Source: the human T2T-CHM13v2.0 reference genome, Homo sapiens
Assembly (NCBI RefSeq): GCF_009914755.1
Contig: NC_060925.1
DNA: 64,000 nt
Strand: one strand, 5' to 3'
The notes beneath the pieces were generated by a model. It ran no database searches and was not told the DNA's origin. It worked only from the letters and a program-made list of their open reading frames with translations. Below, piece by piece: positions 30,858-42,810 of this stretch; position 1 is the stretch's first letter; each line of letters starts with the position of its first letter. A program made the position numbers and the translations under genes.

Positions 30858-32517
30858 TCATCTATTCATGGCTAGGTAGAGGTCAGATTTCACTCACTGA
30901 CCTGTTTTTAGATTTTCCTTCGATATTCCAACTCTTAGATATGTCAGGTTGCTGGAGTTGCTGACTGCACTAACTTCTGCATTCTCCAACTTTCCCCTCA
31001 GAGAGTGGCTTGTCTAAATCACCCAAATTACCATGTGGGTGAGAATGTTGGGGAAATGAAGATTTAAAATCCACAATATTATTAGTGCTGTCAATATCAT
31101 AATATCATAAATGTCCATACGAGGAAAGGAGACCTTGGCAGAGGCTACCTTTTCTATCTGTTTTGTGTGTGTGTGTGACATTCTTCATGAATGACTTCTT
31201 GAACTATGAAAATGAGGCAACTGTGGCCTGAACTCTCTCATTTGCCTCCTCCCCTTCCTGGCATTTACTTAAGACATTTCCTGATGCTTCCCGGGGGTGT
31301 TTCATGCTGGTGTCTAAGCCAGAGATCACACCTCCCACCCACCATGCCTGCACCTCCACTCCTGCAAAGGTTTTTAGAGTCAGGGTCCCTATCAGTGTCT
31401 AAGCATCAGGCTCTTCAGACCCTGACCTTTGAAAAGTCCAAATGGCTCTTGAGTGCCCCATTTTCTCCCAATCTGAAAACTGTAAGAATGAAATATAACA
31501 ATTAAGCCTCAGAGGATCACAAGCGCAGGTGATCCTCATGAGCCCAGACTGATATTTCTAAATTATCTAGATCTTCCTTGAACATAGACTCCAGAGTTAC
31601 CGGGACGCAGCGTTCCCATTCCACTGGGCAGCCATCTATACGTGAAGTGTCATTGTTGGTGGTTTGGGAGTTTTATTTTCCCTTTCATAACACGTCTCCT
31701 GTCTCCTCAGCTCCCCCAGAACTCCCTGTAATCATATTTGCTATCAGTTGTGTTTGTGGAGGTGTAGTGAATTTTTCAGGGATGAATACCAATGCTGAGA
31801 CCCTCCAAGAAGACCTGTGAGGTCAGCCTCTGTCAGCGTGACAGCCCAGTGGGAGGGGGCCCCAAGCTACACAGCAGGAGATGATTGTCACACGTCCTGG
31901 TGAGAGAGCCTGCTCACCAGCTCTGGACCTGCACTCCGTGTGCCTGGCCAGTAGATAGGTTTCCCTGGTGTTCCCCAGGCCTTTTCTGCTTCATGACATT
32001 GATTATATAGCTAGCATTTCATTTCAGTAGGGCTTGGGAAAGGGGGTTCTTTATTGCAGCTCCTGTAAAAACCCATTTCCACACGAATCACCTCTGGCCT
32101 TTTTCTGTCTGGCACATTGTTTAGACAGGAGGGGTTTGTGTGTATCACTTCCCTCCAGCCTCTCCTAAGTGGAAGCCTGGGATTTGGAAATTGGGATTTT
32201 TTTCCTTCTCTCTAAATGAATGCCTTGTTGGATACCTTGTTGATAAAATGCCATTTCTCACATCTTTATAGCTTAAGGGGCTACCTTAGCCACAAGGCAC
32301 AGTCCCTTATTACTGATAAGAGCTACTGTCATTTCACTTATATACTTTGGGAGATTCATTTTTGCTTCTCAGCATCATTTATGTTATGATTCATATCTAA
32401 ATTTAAGGTAAAATTTTATGCTTCACCATCGACTTTTCAAAGTTTGTCTTTGAAAATGATTTTTAAAATGATCTAATCCAAACCTCTCAGTTTACAGGTG
32501 AGAAAACAAATCTAGGG

Positions 32518-32673
32518 CAGAGTTTTTCCACAGGGGCACGAGTGATGTCATGGACCAGATGTTTGTGTCGTAGGGGGATGCCTGGTGCACTGTAGGGCAT
32601 TTCCTGGGATCTCAAGCTTCTATCCTCTGGATGCCAGTAGCACCCTCCAAGTTGTGACCAACAAAAATGTCCC
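32518..32673 (-). mobile_element. MER20 (hAT-Charlie) fragment
   Basis: gatgccagtagcaccctccaagttgtgaccaacaaaaatgtc matches the recalled antisense MER20. Confidence 0.75.
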
Positions 32674-32860
32674 CTGTCACACAGCTAAGTCATAACAGAG
32701 TCAGGCATAAGACACGGGTGTCCCGACTCCCCCATCTGCCCTTTCCAGGTTGGGCAACAGAATTAAGCTCTCAACCCACACAGAGCTCAGAGAATTAGTC
32801 AAGAGCACTTCCACAATCTCCAGGGAGAGAAGAGGGTTTAGGAGACAAAAGAGCCAACAG

Positions 32861-33420
32861 CATGGAAGAGCTTTGTGGAACTCTGGGCGATGCATCCCCT
32901 ACATGGAAGAGCTTTGTTGAACTCCAGGCGATGCTTCCCCTATACGGAAGAGCTTTGTGGAACTCGGCAGTGCATCCCCTACACGGAAGAGCTTTGTGGA
33001 ACTCCAGGCGATGCATCTCCTCACCGGAAGAGCTTTGTGGAACTCCGGGCGATGCATCTCCTCACCGGAAGAGCTTTGTGGAACTCCGGGCGATGCATCT
33101 CCTCACCGGAAGAGCTTTGTGGAGCTCCGGGCGATGCATCCCCTCACCGGAAGAGCTTTGTGGAACTCCGGGCGATGCATCTCCTCACCGGAAGAGCTTT
33201 GTGGAACTCCGGGCGATGCATCCCCTCACCGGAAGAGCTTTGTGGAACTCCGGGCGATGCTTCCCCTACAAGGAAGAGCTTTCTGGAACTCGGCAATGCA
33301 TCCCCTCACCGGAAGAGCCTTGTGGCACTCCTGGCAGTGCATCCCCTACACGGAAGAGCTTTGTGGAACTCTGGGCAATGCATCCCCTAACCGGAAGAGC
33401 TTTGTGGAACTGCGGCAATG
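32861..33420. repeat. Minisatellite/VNTR, 41-bp unit, about 13.7 copies
   Basis: Unit GGAAGAGCTTTGTGGAACTCCGGGCGATGCATCYCCTCACC starts at 32864, 32905, 32946, 32985, 33026, 33067, 33108, 33149, 33190, 33231, 33272, 33311, 33352 and 33393; two units are 39 bp. Confidence 0.98.
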
Positions 33421-34705
33421 AGTCCACTCTCCCCAGTCTCCCTGTCTACGAATAGAACTTGGCCCAGTGAGTCACTGACTCAACTTCTGTGATCTTCTAC
33501 TAGACGATATGGTTTAGAAATTCATAAGATGTGTGTCAGGAGTTAACAGGTTTAGGGGAAAGAACAGAAGAGGCGGAGGAATGTCTCCCCATGAATGCTG
33601 ACCCTCCACATACCCAGAACCTGGGACTAGCCCCTTGGCAAAGACTCCATGAGCCTCATACAGTGAATGGGACTCGTTCTCAGCCAGGTAGACATCAGCT
33701 TGGGTCTGACCCCCATCCTTGTGTGCAAGTCCTGATTCACAGAGTTTCTTTGGCACTTTTGCTTAAGCTGTAACAAACAGCCAGTCTGCACAGGGCTCCC
33801 TTCTGTCTTTCCCTTTAAGTCGGCTCACATTTCTCTCCTGGTCACAGCTGTAGAGGACACACACAGCACGAAACATGAGGAGTGTGGCAAGTAATGAATG
33901 CCCCCAGGGTATTGCCACTTTCTGACAGATGAGGACAAATGTAATTTCCAGGGATTTCATAGCTGAGAGATTAGAAGCTTTCCTGCTGGGCCTAATTCTG
34001 GAGCCAGGTATGAACCTGTGTTTCCCTTGTATAAAGGTAAAAGAATTCTGTTACTGGGGCTGTGGATGGAGCCGATTTTAACATTTGTTTTTTGAGCTCC
34101 ATCTATAGCTCGTAAGGTCCACCAGGCTGGTCCAAGGTGCCTTTCCTCTAGACACAGGATTTCATTTAGTGGCTGTGCCTACATGCAAAGCAGCAACTTC
34201 ATTCAACTCTCTGGGTCTTTGTCTTAGTGATGCCAGAAATAACAAAATAGAAACTGAACTATTACATGAAATGACTTTTGGGTTGGAAAAACAGGCTCTA
34301 AGAACAGAGTTAATGAACTGAGAGAAAATAGTTTCTGGTTATGCTACTAGAAACTGTGGTTTTTATCCTCATAAATCATTGCTTTAGGGAAAAAAAGTCC
34401 TTTCTAAACTTTTCCTGTCCTGTTTCCTTTTCATTTTTTGAATGAATGAACAGTAGGGTATTCTCTGTCTTTGAGTTATTTTCTTCCTAGCCACCTGGTC
34501 ATAATCCAGAGGGAAAAACAAATTAGATGGATTCTGTGAGCTATATTTCATTGCTATTGGTGTGTGGATCACAATGCTTTATTTTCCACCAGTTAAACGA
34601 AGAACATTCTGGAAACTTTGCACAAAGAAAAATTAGTGTTTATCCCTACAGTTGAAATTTTCTAGGAAAAAAAAATAGCAACAAATTAAGTTTTGAAAAA
34701 GGAGA

Positions 34706-34866
34706 GCCAGGTGCAGTAGGGTGCATCTGTAGTCCCAGCTACTCAGGAGGCTGAGGCGGGAGGACCACTGCAGCCCAGGAGTTCAAGGCTGCAGTGAGCT
34801 ATGATTGTACCACTGCACTCCAGCCTGAGCGACAGAGCTAGACTCTGTCTCTAAAAAAAGAAAATT
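34706..34866 (+). mobile_element. Free Alu monomer (FRAM/FAM-like)
   Basis: Single arm with gagttcaaggctgcagtgagctatgattg; flanked by AAAAAGGAG repeats. Confidence 0.85.
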
Positions 34867-34880
34867 TAAAAAGGAGGCTT

Positions 34881-35221
<341 letters not shown>

Positions 35222-36745
35222 GAGCTTTGATTTTCATGAATACCAGTCTATTTCTGAAGGTTTCCCCCTTGGAGGAACAGTGGTGGCGGGCTGGCCCTCT
35301 CAGTCAAGGAGACGTGAGCATTCCATGAGACACGGGTTTCCTCTAGGGTCTGCCCCTGAGGTACCTGAGGTTTGGATACCTCTGCCCACTCCCCTCTGCC
35401 ATGTTTTTCCAGCTGTACCGTGCCGATAATCACTGTGTCAGCTGTCATTACCATAATGCTCTGAGCATAACTGCTGTAACAGCTGGGAAAGAACTCTGCC
35501 TTTGCAAAACAATGCTGCGTCATAACACGCTAAAACCCCCAATGTGCCCACCCAATATTTCCTATCCATTTGCCCCTTCTGCACTCCACAGGCATGATCT
35601 TCCCTTTGCCAGTGGGACATCAGAATGAGACTCTCTTCTGTCCTCCCTCTCCTTCCCCAAGAACAGTCCTTGCTTGCAAATGCAAACAGAGAAAAAGATA
35701 CTACCCGAGTGAGCAGGTGTTTCCGTTGGGGTCTGACAGGAGAAAGACACCACACTTAGATCGGGACTATTTAGAAAAGTATGGATGGAGTGTAGAAAAT
35801 GAAAAGGGCTAATTAGATAGACCAGGGCTAGTCATAGCAGAGTGCCAGGATGGCCTAGGTCCGAAGGGTCAAAAGGAGGGAACCATGTTGGGGGGACAGA
35901 GGAAAGGAAGGTGTGGCGGAGCCTCCGGACTCGCCTCCTCCCTCCAGAGGGCAAGGGGGTTCTGCTGATGCAGTCCAGGCAGGCCCACTCCCTGGACACC
36001 AGGAGAGTGGAAAAGGGTGGAGACTGAGTCTGGAGGGCACGGAGGAAAATTGGCTCAGCATGGATTAGAACAGTCTTTCGCTTCCTGGAGCTTAAAAGCC
36101 CTCCTTACTTACCCTTAGCTCCTGCCACCTCTCTTTGTCCTTGGATGGATACAGCGCATGCCTCCTGCCTGCCACCTCATCTGTGGTTTCTCATCCTGTT
36201 TGCTGTCCTCCTTCCTCGTTCTGCCCATGCTGTCATAATGGATGGAAAAGCTAAAGGTGATTTCCAGTCATCTCTTTTGCTGCTGACAGCATGAAGTTTG
36301 TTCTGCTATTAGAATGACGCAGACCCGAGACAAGGGTTTTGTCCTGAGTTCATTCCATTAATTTCTCTCTGCATAGAGCATCTTTCCAGCAGCTCCTGCA
36401 TGATTAAATTCTGGCTGTGTGGGACACAATGGCACAGGAAGAGCGTTGGCCACTCATCAGCCAGGTCACTAAAAGGCAAGTTCCACACATGAGGAGAAAT
36501 CAAATGCTCACCCTTTGGACATCCATCCTTTTGGTCCTTTGAGTAACATTTAAACAATTGTTTCTTCAGATACATGGTCCACACTCAAGAGACCTACAAC
36601 AGTTGGTATCACCTGGATAAGTATTCACCAGGCTCTCTATGCCCAGTTTTTTCCCAAGTTCCAACCAAGAGCTATTGATGGCTTTGCTCTTGATCAGAAT
36701 AGCATTGGGTTTTGCTGCAAATATATTCTTGAGCATTATAGTGAT

Positions 36746-36812
36746 GAAGAAAGAAAGAAAGATAGATAGATAGATAATAGAGAAATAGAAGATAGGTAGA
36801 TAGATAGAGAAA
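36746..36812. repeat. (GAAA)n/(GATA)n compound microsatellite
   Basis: gaagaaagaaagaaagatagatagatagataatagagaaatagaagataggtagatagatagaga. Confidence 0.85.
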
Positions 36813-37127
36813 GAAGCTTGCGTGTGTTTGTTTCAAAGAATGGGGTCAGTTTTCTTACAGCCACCTATTCTCTCGCCTGGACATATATTCAGTGAATGCT
36901 TCTGTTTGTAAGATGGCTAACTGGGATATGGGTCTTACAGGTCTTCAGTTCCTATAAGAGTCTACAACCACAGCCTCATTAACACATGCTCTCTGGTGAA
37001 AAGACATTAAATGGGGAGGGAGGAGGTGTGGATGCTACGCTGGCTTCACCACATGTAATTATTGAACTTTGTATATCACTTTACCTTTCTGGGTCTCAGG
37101 GACCTTGTCTAGAAACCCAACAAGGCA

Positions 37128-37281
37128 GGCTGTGGTAGCTCATGCCTGTAATCCCAGCACTTTGGGAGGCTGAGGTGGGAGGATTTCTTGAGCCCAGAAG
37201 GCCGAGGCCACAGTGAGCTGAGATTGGGCCACTGCACTCCAGCTTCTGCAACAGAGAGAGACCCTGTCAAAGAGAGAAAGA
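37128..37281 (+). mobile_element. Monomer-length old Alu (left-arm start joined to right-arm end)
   Basis: gctcatgcctgtaatcccagcactttgggagg...cagtgagctgagattgggccactgcactccagc. Confidence 0.8.
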
Positions 37282-37321
37282 GGAAGGAAGGAAGGAAGGA
37301 AGGAAGGAAGGAAGGAAGGAA
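37282..37321. repeat. (GGAA)10 microsatellite derived from the Alu tail
   Basis: Ten uninterrupted GGAA units. Confidence 0.97.
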
Positions 37322-39360
37322 ATAAATAAGCAATAAGCATGAAGTGGCAGTTATTCTCCAAGTGAACAGTGTGGAGTAACTGCCATTTTACTGGTACTCA
37401 AGTACTTGGTGTAACTGCTACATCCAGGCAACTGCTGAGACTTGAGCAAGGACCTTTACAGCCTTTGGAAGTCCCATCCGTCAGACACACCAGGGAGCCC
37501 GATGCTGAACTTCATGTCTGTGTTTGCTGAATGATGAGCAGGTCCTCTTCAGCGAGAGCTACACGAGCTGTGAATTTACCACGTGCCCGTCAAGGGGGTC
37601 ATTGTGTTCCTCACTCTGTCAATAAACCACACAGTAAAGATCTGGATAATAGGAGCAGAACAGTTTCAAAGGACTTGTTACAATGTATCAAGTCAATAAC
37701 TTATAATTTTAGAAAATCCCTGAATACAAATTTGCACAATTTTGAGTTGTTTTACAACTTACCAGGCCGTTAATCTAAGTTTTAAAAGTCTCTTAATATA
37801 CTTAATCATAGCCTGTGCTTTTTTTTTTAAGTGCTGAAATATGTTTCAGCATTACTGAACCACAGCAGCACAAGGAAAAAACGACTTTAACTCGTTCCAT
37901 AAAACTTGCAAAGCAACCATAAATATATACAGTGTGGGGTCTGTTTTGTGCACAATTTATATGCAATAGGCTGGGCTTGATCGAGAGGATTTATGCTTAT
38001 CGTCTGTCTCCCCAGGCAGACAATTGTGGTAGAAAAGAAAATGCACAGGACCTAGAGTCAGGGCTGGGTTTCAATCCCATTTCTGCCACCTGCTTTTTGT
38101 GAGACCCTAGGGAAGCCTTTTGCTCCTTTGAACCTGTCTCCTACTTAACAATAATATGCCCACCTTAGAGGGCAGCTGTCAGGATTGCCACAGAGCAAGG
38201 CAGAGGTGAGCCATCTGCAGATGCGTGCTGAATTTAAACCAATGCATGAGTGACACGGAGCATGAGAGTGGCCAGCATCCTTCCTCTCTCCCTGCACCCC
38301 GCAAAACAACTCCATCCCCCACTCTCTCTCAGAGGTGGCAGCGGCCATAATTCAGACACATGCAACCCAGCCAGCGTAACCACCCCCTACTCACCCCCTG
38401 AAAATAGAAGAAGAAAGGATTTAGAGTCTGGGCAGATTGCTTTTAAAACATTTCCAACCTTCGATCTAATTTGTCATTATTATTTGTAGAGCTTTCTTTC
38501 TCTTCCTTCGTATCTCCTTTCATATCCGGAGCATTCCCAGGGAAGATCCCGTTGCTGAATACTCGTGTCTCCAGTTTTCTACCCGGACTTAAAGATCTAC
38601 TGGTCCTGCAGAGCTGAGCTCCAGTGGTGTGAAAGGCACGTGAGCGATGCTGGGCTTGTGGAGATGAGTAACACACAGGCTTGCTTTCAAGGCACTCACA
38701 GCCTTACACATTTGAAAATGAGTTTTTCACTGGAGCCTGAAACTTCCAGATTTGAAACCATCTCCGGGGCCAAGCCTGGCTGAGACTCTCTCTCTCTGCA
38801 TGAGCTGCCTGCCACCATCAGTTCCCCACCCAGATACCCAAGCCTGACCTTGACCTGCTGGGGGAAATTCATTATATTCTCGTTTACTCCATTTTATAGA
38901 CGAATGTTTCTTATCATGAATGAGAGTTCGTTAAATCAGCTGGTTCTAGGTGGAGTTCACTAGAGCCCTCTCCAATGCTGCCGGAGGACCTGTTGCCGTC
39001 TGGGCTGTATTGTAGGTGGGTGGTATCATAATAAGATCCGTGGTACACGAATGGGCTTCAGGGCAGGCCTGGGTTACATCACCACCTCACTTTCGGTGTG
39101 TCAAAGCTGGAAAAAACAGCTGGAAGGTGGCCAGTGTTCGCTTACCCAACGAAGCATGACTTTGCATCTCCTCTACCCTGCCCAGTGAGGGCTCCCTGTT
39201 TTGAAGGACTGGCATATTCTGGAATGCTTCCACCAAATCCAAACATCATTCTGGATGAACTGTGGAGCAGTTCACCGTTCACAGTTCACAAAAGGACCCT
39301 CTGTAGAAGCAGAGGATCTTTCCCTGGGGAAATTATCCTAAGTCTTCTGATTTTAATAAC

Positions 39361-39750
39361 TGATATAGTTCAAGTATTTGTCCCCGCCCAAATCTCATGT
39401 TCACTGTTAATCCCCAGTGCTGGAGGTGGGGCCTGGCGGGAGGTGACTGCATCATGGATCCCTCGTGACTCGGTGCCATCCTCATGATAGTGAGTTCTCC
39501 CAAGATCCGGTCATTTAAAAGTGTGTGTTTCCTGCCCCGTCTCATGCTCCCATTCTCATCACGTGATGTGCCTGCTCCCACTTCACCTTCCAACTTGAGT
39601 CAGAGCTCCCTGAGGCTTCCCTAGAGGCTGAGCAGATGCCAGTGTCATGCATACACAGCCTGCAGAACCATGAGCCAATTAAACCTCTTTTCTTTATAAA
39701 TACCCAGACTTGGGTATTTCTTTATAGCAATGCAAGAACGGCCTAATACA
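39361..39750 (+). mobile_element. MSTB-like (ERVL-MaLR) solo LTR
   Basis: TG...CA termini; ends agccaattaaacctcttttctttataaat...gcctaataca; TSD ATAAC/ATAAT. Confidence 0.9.
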
Positions 39751-40423
39751 ATAATTGTTTTCCACATGAAATAAACATTGACCGTCTTATCCAACTATAC
39801 ATGCTTCTTGACTCTAGAAATTGTTGAATGGAAGTGCTAAAGATTATCCTCAAACACACTCATGTGCACACAGTTTCAGTGCCAGAACAGTGTCCTCTAG
39901 GAGGAAAGATGGTCCCAGAGCAATTACTGGTTTCCTTTAATTTTGGCTTCCTAATGAGTATCATTTTGGTACGATTCCAATGAATTGTTTATTTGAGGAA
40001 AGAGAAAAAGAAAAGAACCTATAGGAAGAGTTGGTTTGGATTCTATCGCGGGCAGTTTATGCTTCTACGATAGTAATAAAAGCAATGAGAGAAAAAAGCT
40101 ACAGAACCAAATAAATATAGATCCAGGAGTTGTACAACTTTTAAAAGAAAAATTCTTTAGCCTATTGATCCTTCCTAAGGTAAACATTTATTTTATTTCA
40201 GTTTAGAACTCAAGAATTTTTTTCAAGTACAACTGAGGAATAGAGTCAGAAGCCACTTCGATTTTGACACCATAGAAACATTCTTTCTTTAGTTACTAGA
40301 ATCTTTTAAATTGATAAGATTGGCATTTTCCCAGGATATAACATTCACCTCCACTGTGTTTTTAATTTGCAATAGATTTTGAGGGAAAGATTCCACAAGG
40401 ATTTGGCCAACATGCCTCCTGAG

Positions 40424-40580
40424 CAGTGGGTCTCAAGTGTGGTCCCCAGACCAGCATGATCCCCATCAGCTGGAAACTGTTAGAAATGCAAATTGTCAGG
40501 CCCTACCCCAGACCCACTGAATCAGAAACTCTGGGAGGGGAAACCAACAATCTGTGTTTCAACATGAAGTCTGAGAACTT
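40424..40580. mobile_element. MER5A (hAT-Charlie)
   Basis: cagtgggtctcaagtgtggtccccagaccagca...ttagaaatgcaaatt...cccactgaatcagaaactctggg. Confidence 0.85.
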
Positions 40581-41344
40581 AAACTATGCACCGTTCTTGG
40601 TAAGAAAATAAGAGTTTTCCTTTGTGTGCGTATGTGAAACCAATTCCCTGCAACCCACAGTTGTTTAAACAAAAACGTGTCTAGGGAGTTCAAATTAGGT
40701 GGCCAATTGCCTTATAAAAGTTTACAAAGTAAAGAGTCTGTGCTGTTTCCGTTAGGAGACAGAAACCCAATCACTAACTTGGAGTATGAGTCAGAGGCAG
40801 GACAGAGAAATGTCTGTCTAGTCGGTGAGCTAATTAATACGTGATCCTGAGGATGGAGGAGCCAGGGCTGCCGTTCCTTCTCCACTAGGGAAAAAAAAAA
40901 AAGATGTTTCTCTGTCAGGCAGCTCCCTAGCTACCTCCAGTATGTTCTATTCCATGGCTAGAGGAGTGCAGCCTACATCCTGTGGATTTATGTATATTAC
41001 TGTAAAACAAGCTTTCTCTTCTCGAGAGTTCCGAAGCAGATCTGTCTCTGATTCTTTCCATGAATTCAAATACATTGTCATCCTTAGGTTTCCTAGGTAA
41101 AGGAGACTGCATTACTCATCAGCATTTAATAAATATTCATTTGTTGGTTGACTGATTCATTATCCTTCATGCCAATCACATGGCTGCTACTAGCATGCAT
41201 ACAGCCGACTCTTAACTACAGTTGTGTCATCTACACAATCCCTGCAGAAAACTCATTGAACACGTAGTCGACACATTTAAAAATGCTGTGCTGTGGAAGT
41301 GCAAGTTGCACAAACATTTTCATCTTTAGCTTCACTTAGAATAC

Positions 41345-41514
41345 ATTTTTTTAGTTTTTTAATGTTTTTAGAGACAGGGTCTGCCTCTGTGACCCAGGCT
41401 GGAATGCAGTGCTGTGTGATCATAGCTCACTATAACCTCAAACTTCTAGGTTCAAGTGCTCCTCCTGCCTCAGCCTCCCAAGTAGCTGGCACTATAGGCA
41501 CACACCACCATGAC

Positions 41515-41559
<45 letters not shown>

Positions 41560-41672
41560 TTTTAATAGAGACGGGGTCTTGCTATGTTGCTGATTTCAAA
41601 CTCCTGGCCTAAAGCAATTATCCTACCCTGGCCTCCCAAAGTGCTGGGATTGCAGGCATGAGCCACCTGGCC
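41345..41672 (-). mobile_element. AluJ with (TG)n expansion in the linker (41517-41555)
   Basis: J-type motifs gatcatagctcact; the TG repeat replaces the linker. Confidence 0.9.
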
Positions 41673-41959
41673 CATCTATAACTAACTTCATAACACTCCA
41701 AATTGGAAGAAAGTTGGTGGTGTTATTAGCATTATTTTACAGATGGAGAAATTAACACCTGGAGTTTTGTGATTACAGAGCAGTGGTAATCACCCAGTTA
41801 TTTTCCTTCTCTGTCCCTCCAGTGGCCCTCTGTTGTCTGGGTTAAGTACAGACTTTTTAGTTTGAGGAAAGGAGTCCCTCCACAATTTGTCATTCCTCTA
41901 TTCTTCCAGCCAAATTTCTTACTTCTCCTCCACCCTCAACTACAGTCAAACATCAAACA

Positions 41960-42264
<305 letters not shown>

Positions 42265-42279
42265 AAACATCAAACAATA

Positions 42280-42445
42280 CTCACTGAGCCCTTCCCACGT
42301 GCCGGGCTATTTGCCGAGAACTTCTCATGCATTATCTCATTTAATCCTCATCACAACTTCTCTCAGGTGGAGGCATGATTGCCATCCCATCATACGGGTG
42401 AGGAAACTGAGGCTCATAGAAGTACCTTGCCCCAAGCCCCATGGC
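42280..42445. mobile_element. MIR
   Basis: tctcatttaatcctcatcacaac...gggtgaggaaactgaggctcatagaagtaccttgcccaag. Confidence 0.75.
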
Positions 42446-42519
42446 TACTTGCAGGTTCCAAGACACCGGTCAGCCTGCCCCCCTGCACCTTGGCCATGCT
42501 GCCCACTCACCTAGAGCGC

Positions 42520-42810
42520 ACAGCTGACACTGAGTCCTCTTCTGAACCTCATCCATGAACATATTTATGAAATCTTTCCTGGCCCCAAGTGGAAATGCCC
42601 CCTCATTTGGGTCCTCACTGAACCCCAGTACACAACTCTTTTGTACTACTCTATTATGCTGGGGTGTTTTTTTATTGTCTCACCTGATAAACCGTAAGCC
42701 CCTTGAAGACAGCAACTCGTTTTTAAGCTCTTTATAACCCCAGAGCCTCGCACAGTACCTGGACCAGATTAAGGGGTACTTAACAGATGCTTAGTGAAGG
42801 AAGGAATGGA
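42520..42810 (+). mobile_element. L2 3' fragment
   Basis: accgtaagccccttgaagacagc...ccccagagcctcgcacagtacctgg...gtgaaggaaggaatg. Confidence 0.55.

Noticed and set aside
32861-33455. CRISPR-like array, or the three overlapping 154-197 aa ORFs
   Set aside because: Units are contiguous with no unique spacers and there are no cas genes. The ORFs arise because the 41-nt unit lacks + strand stop codons and cycles through frames.
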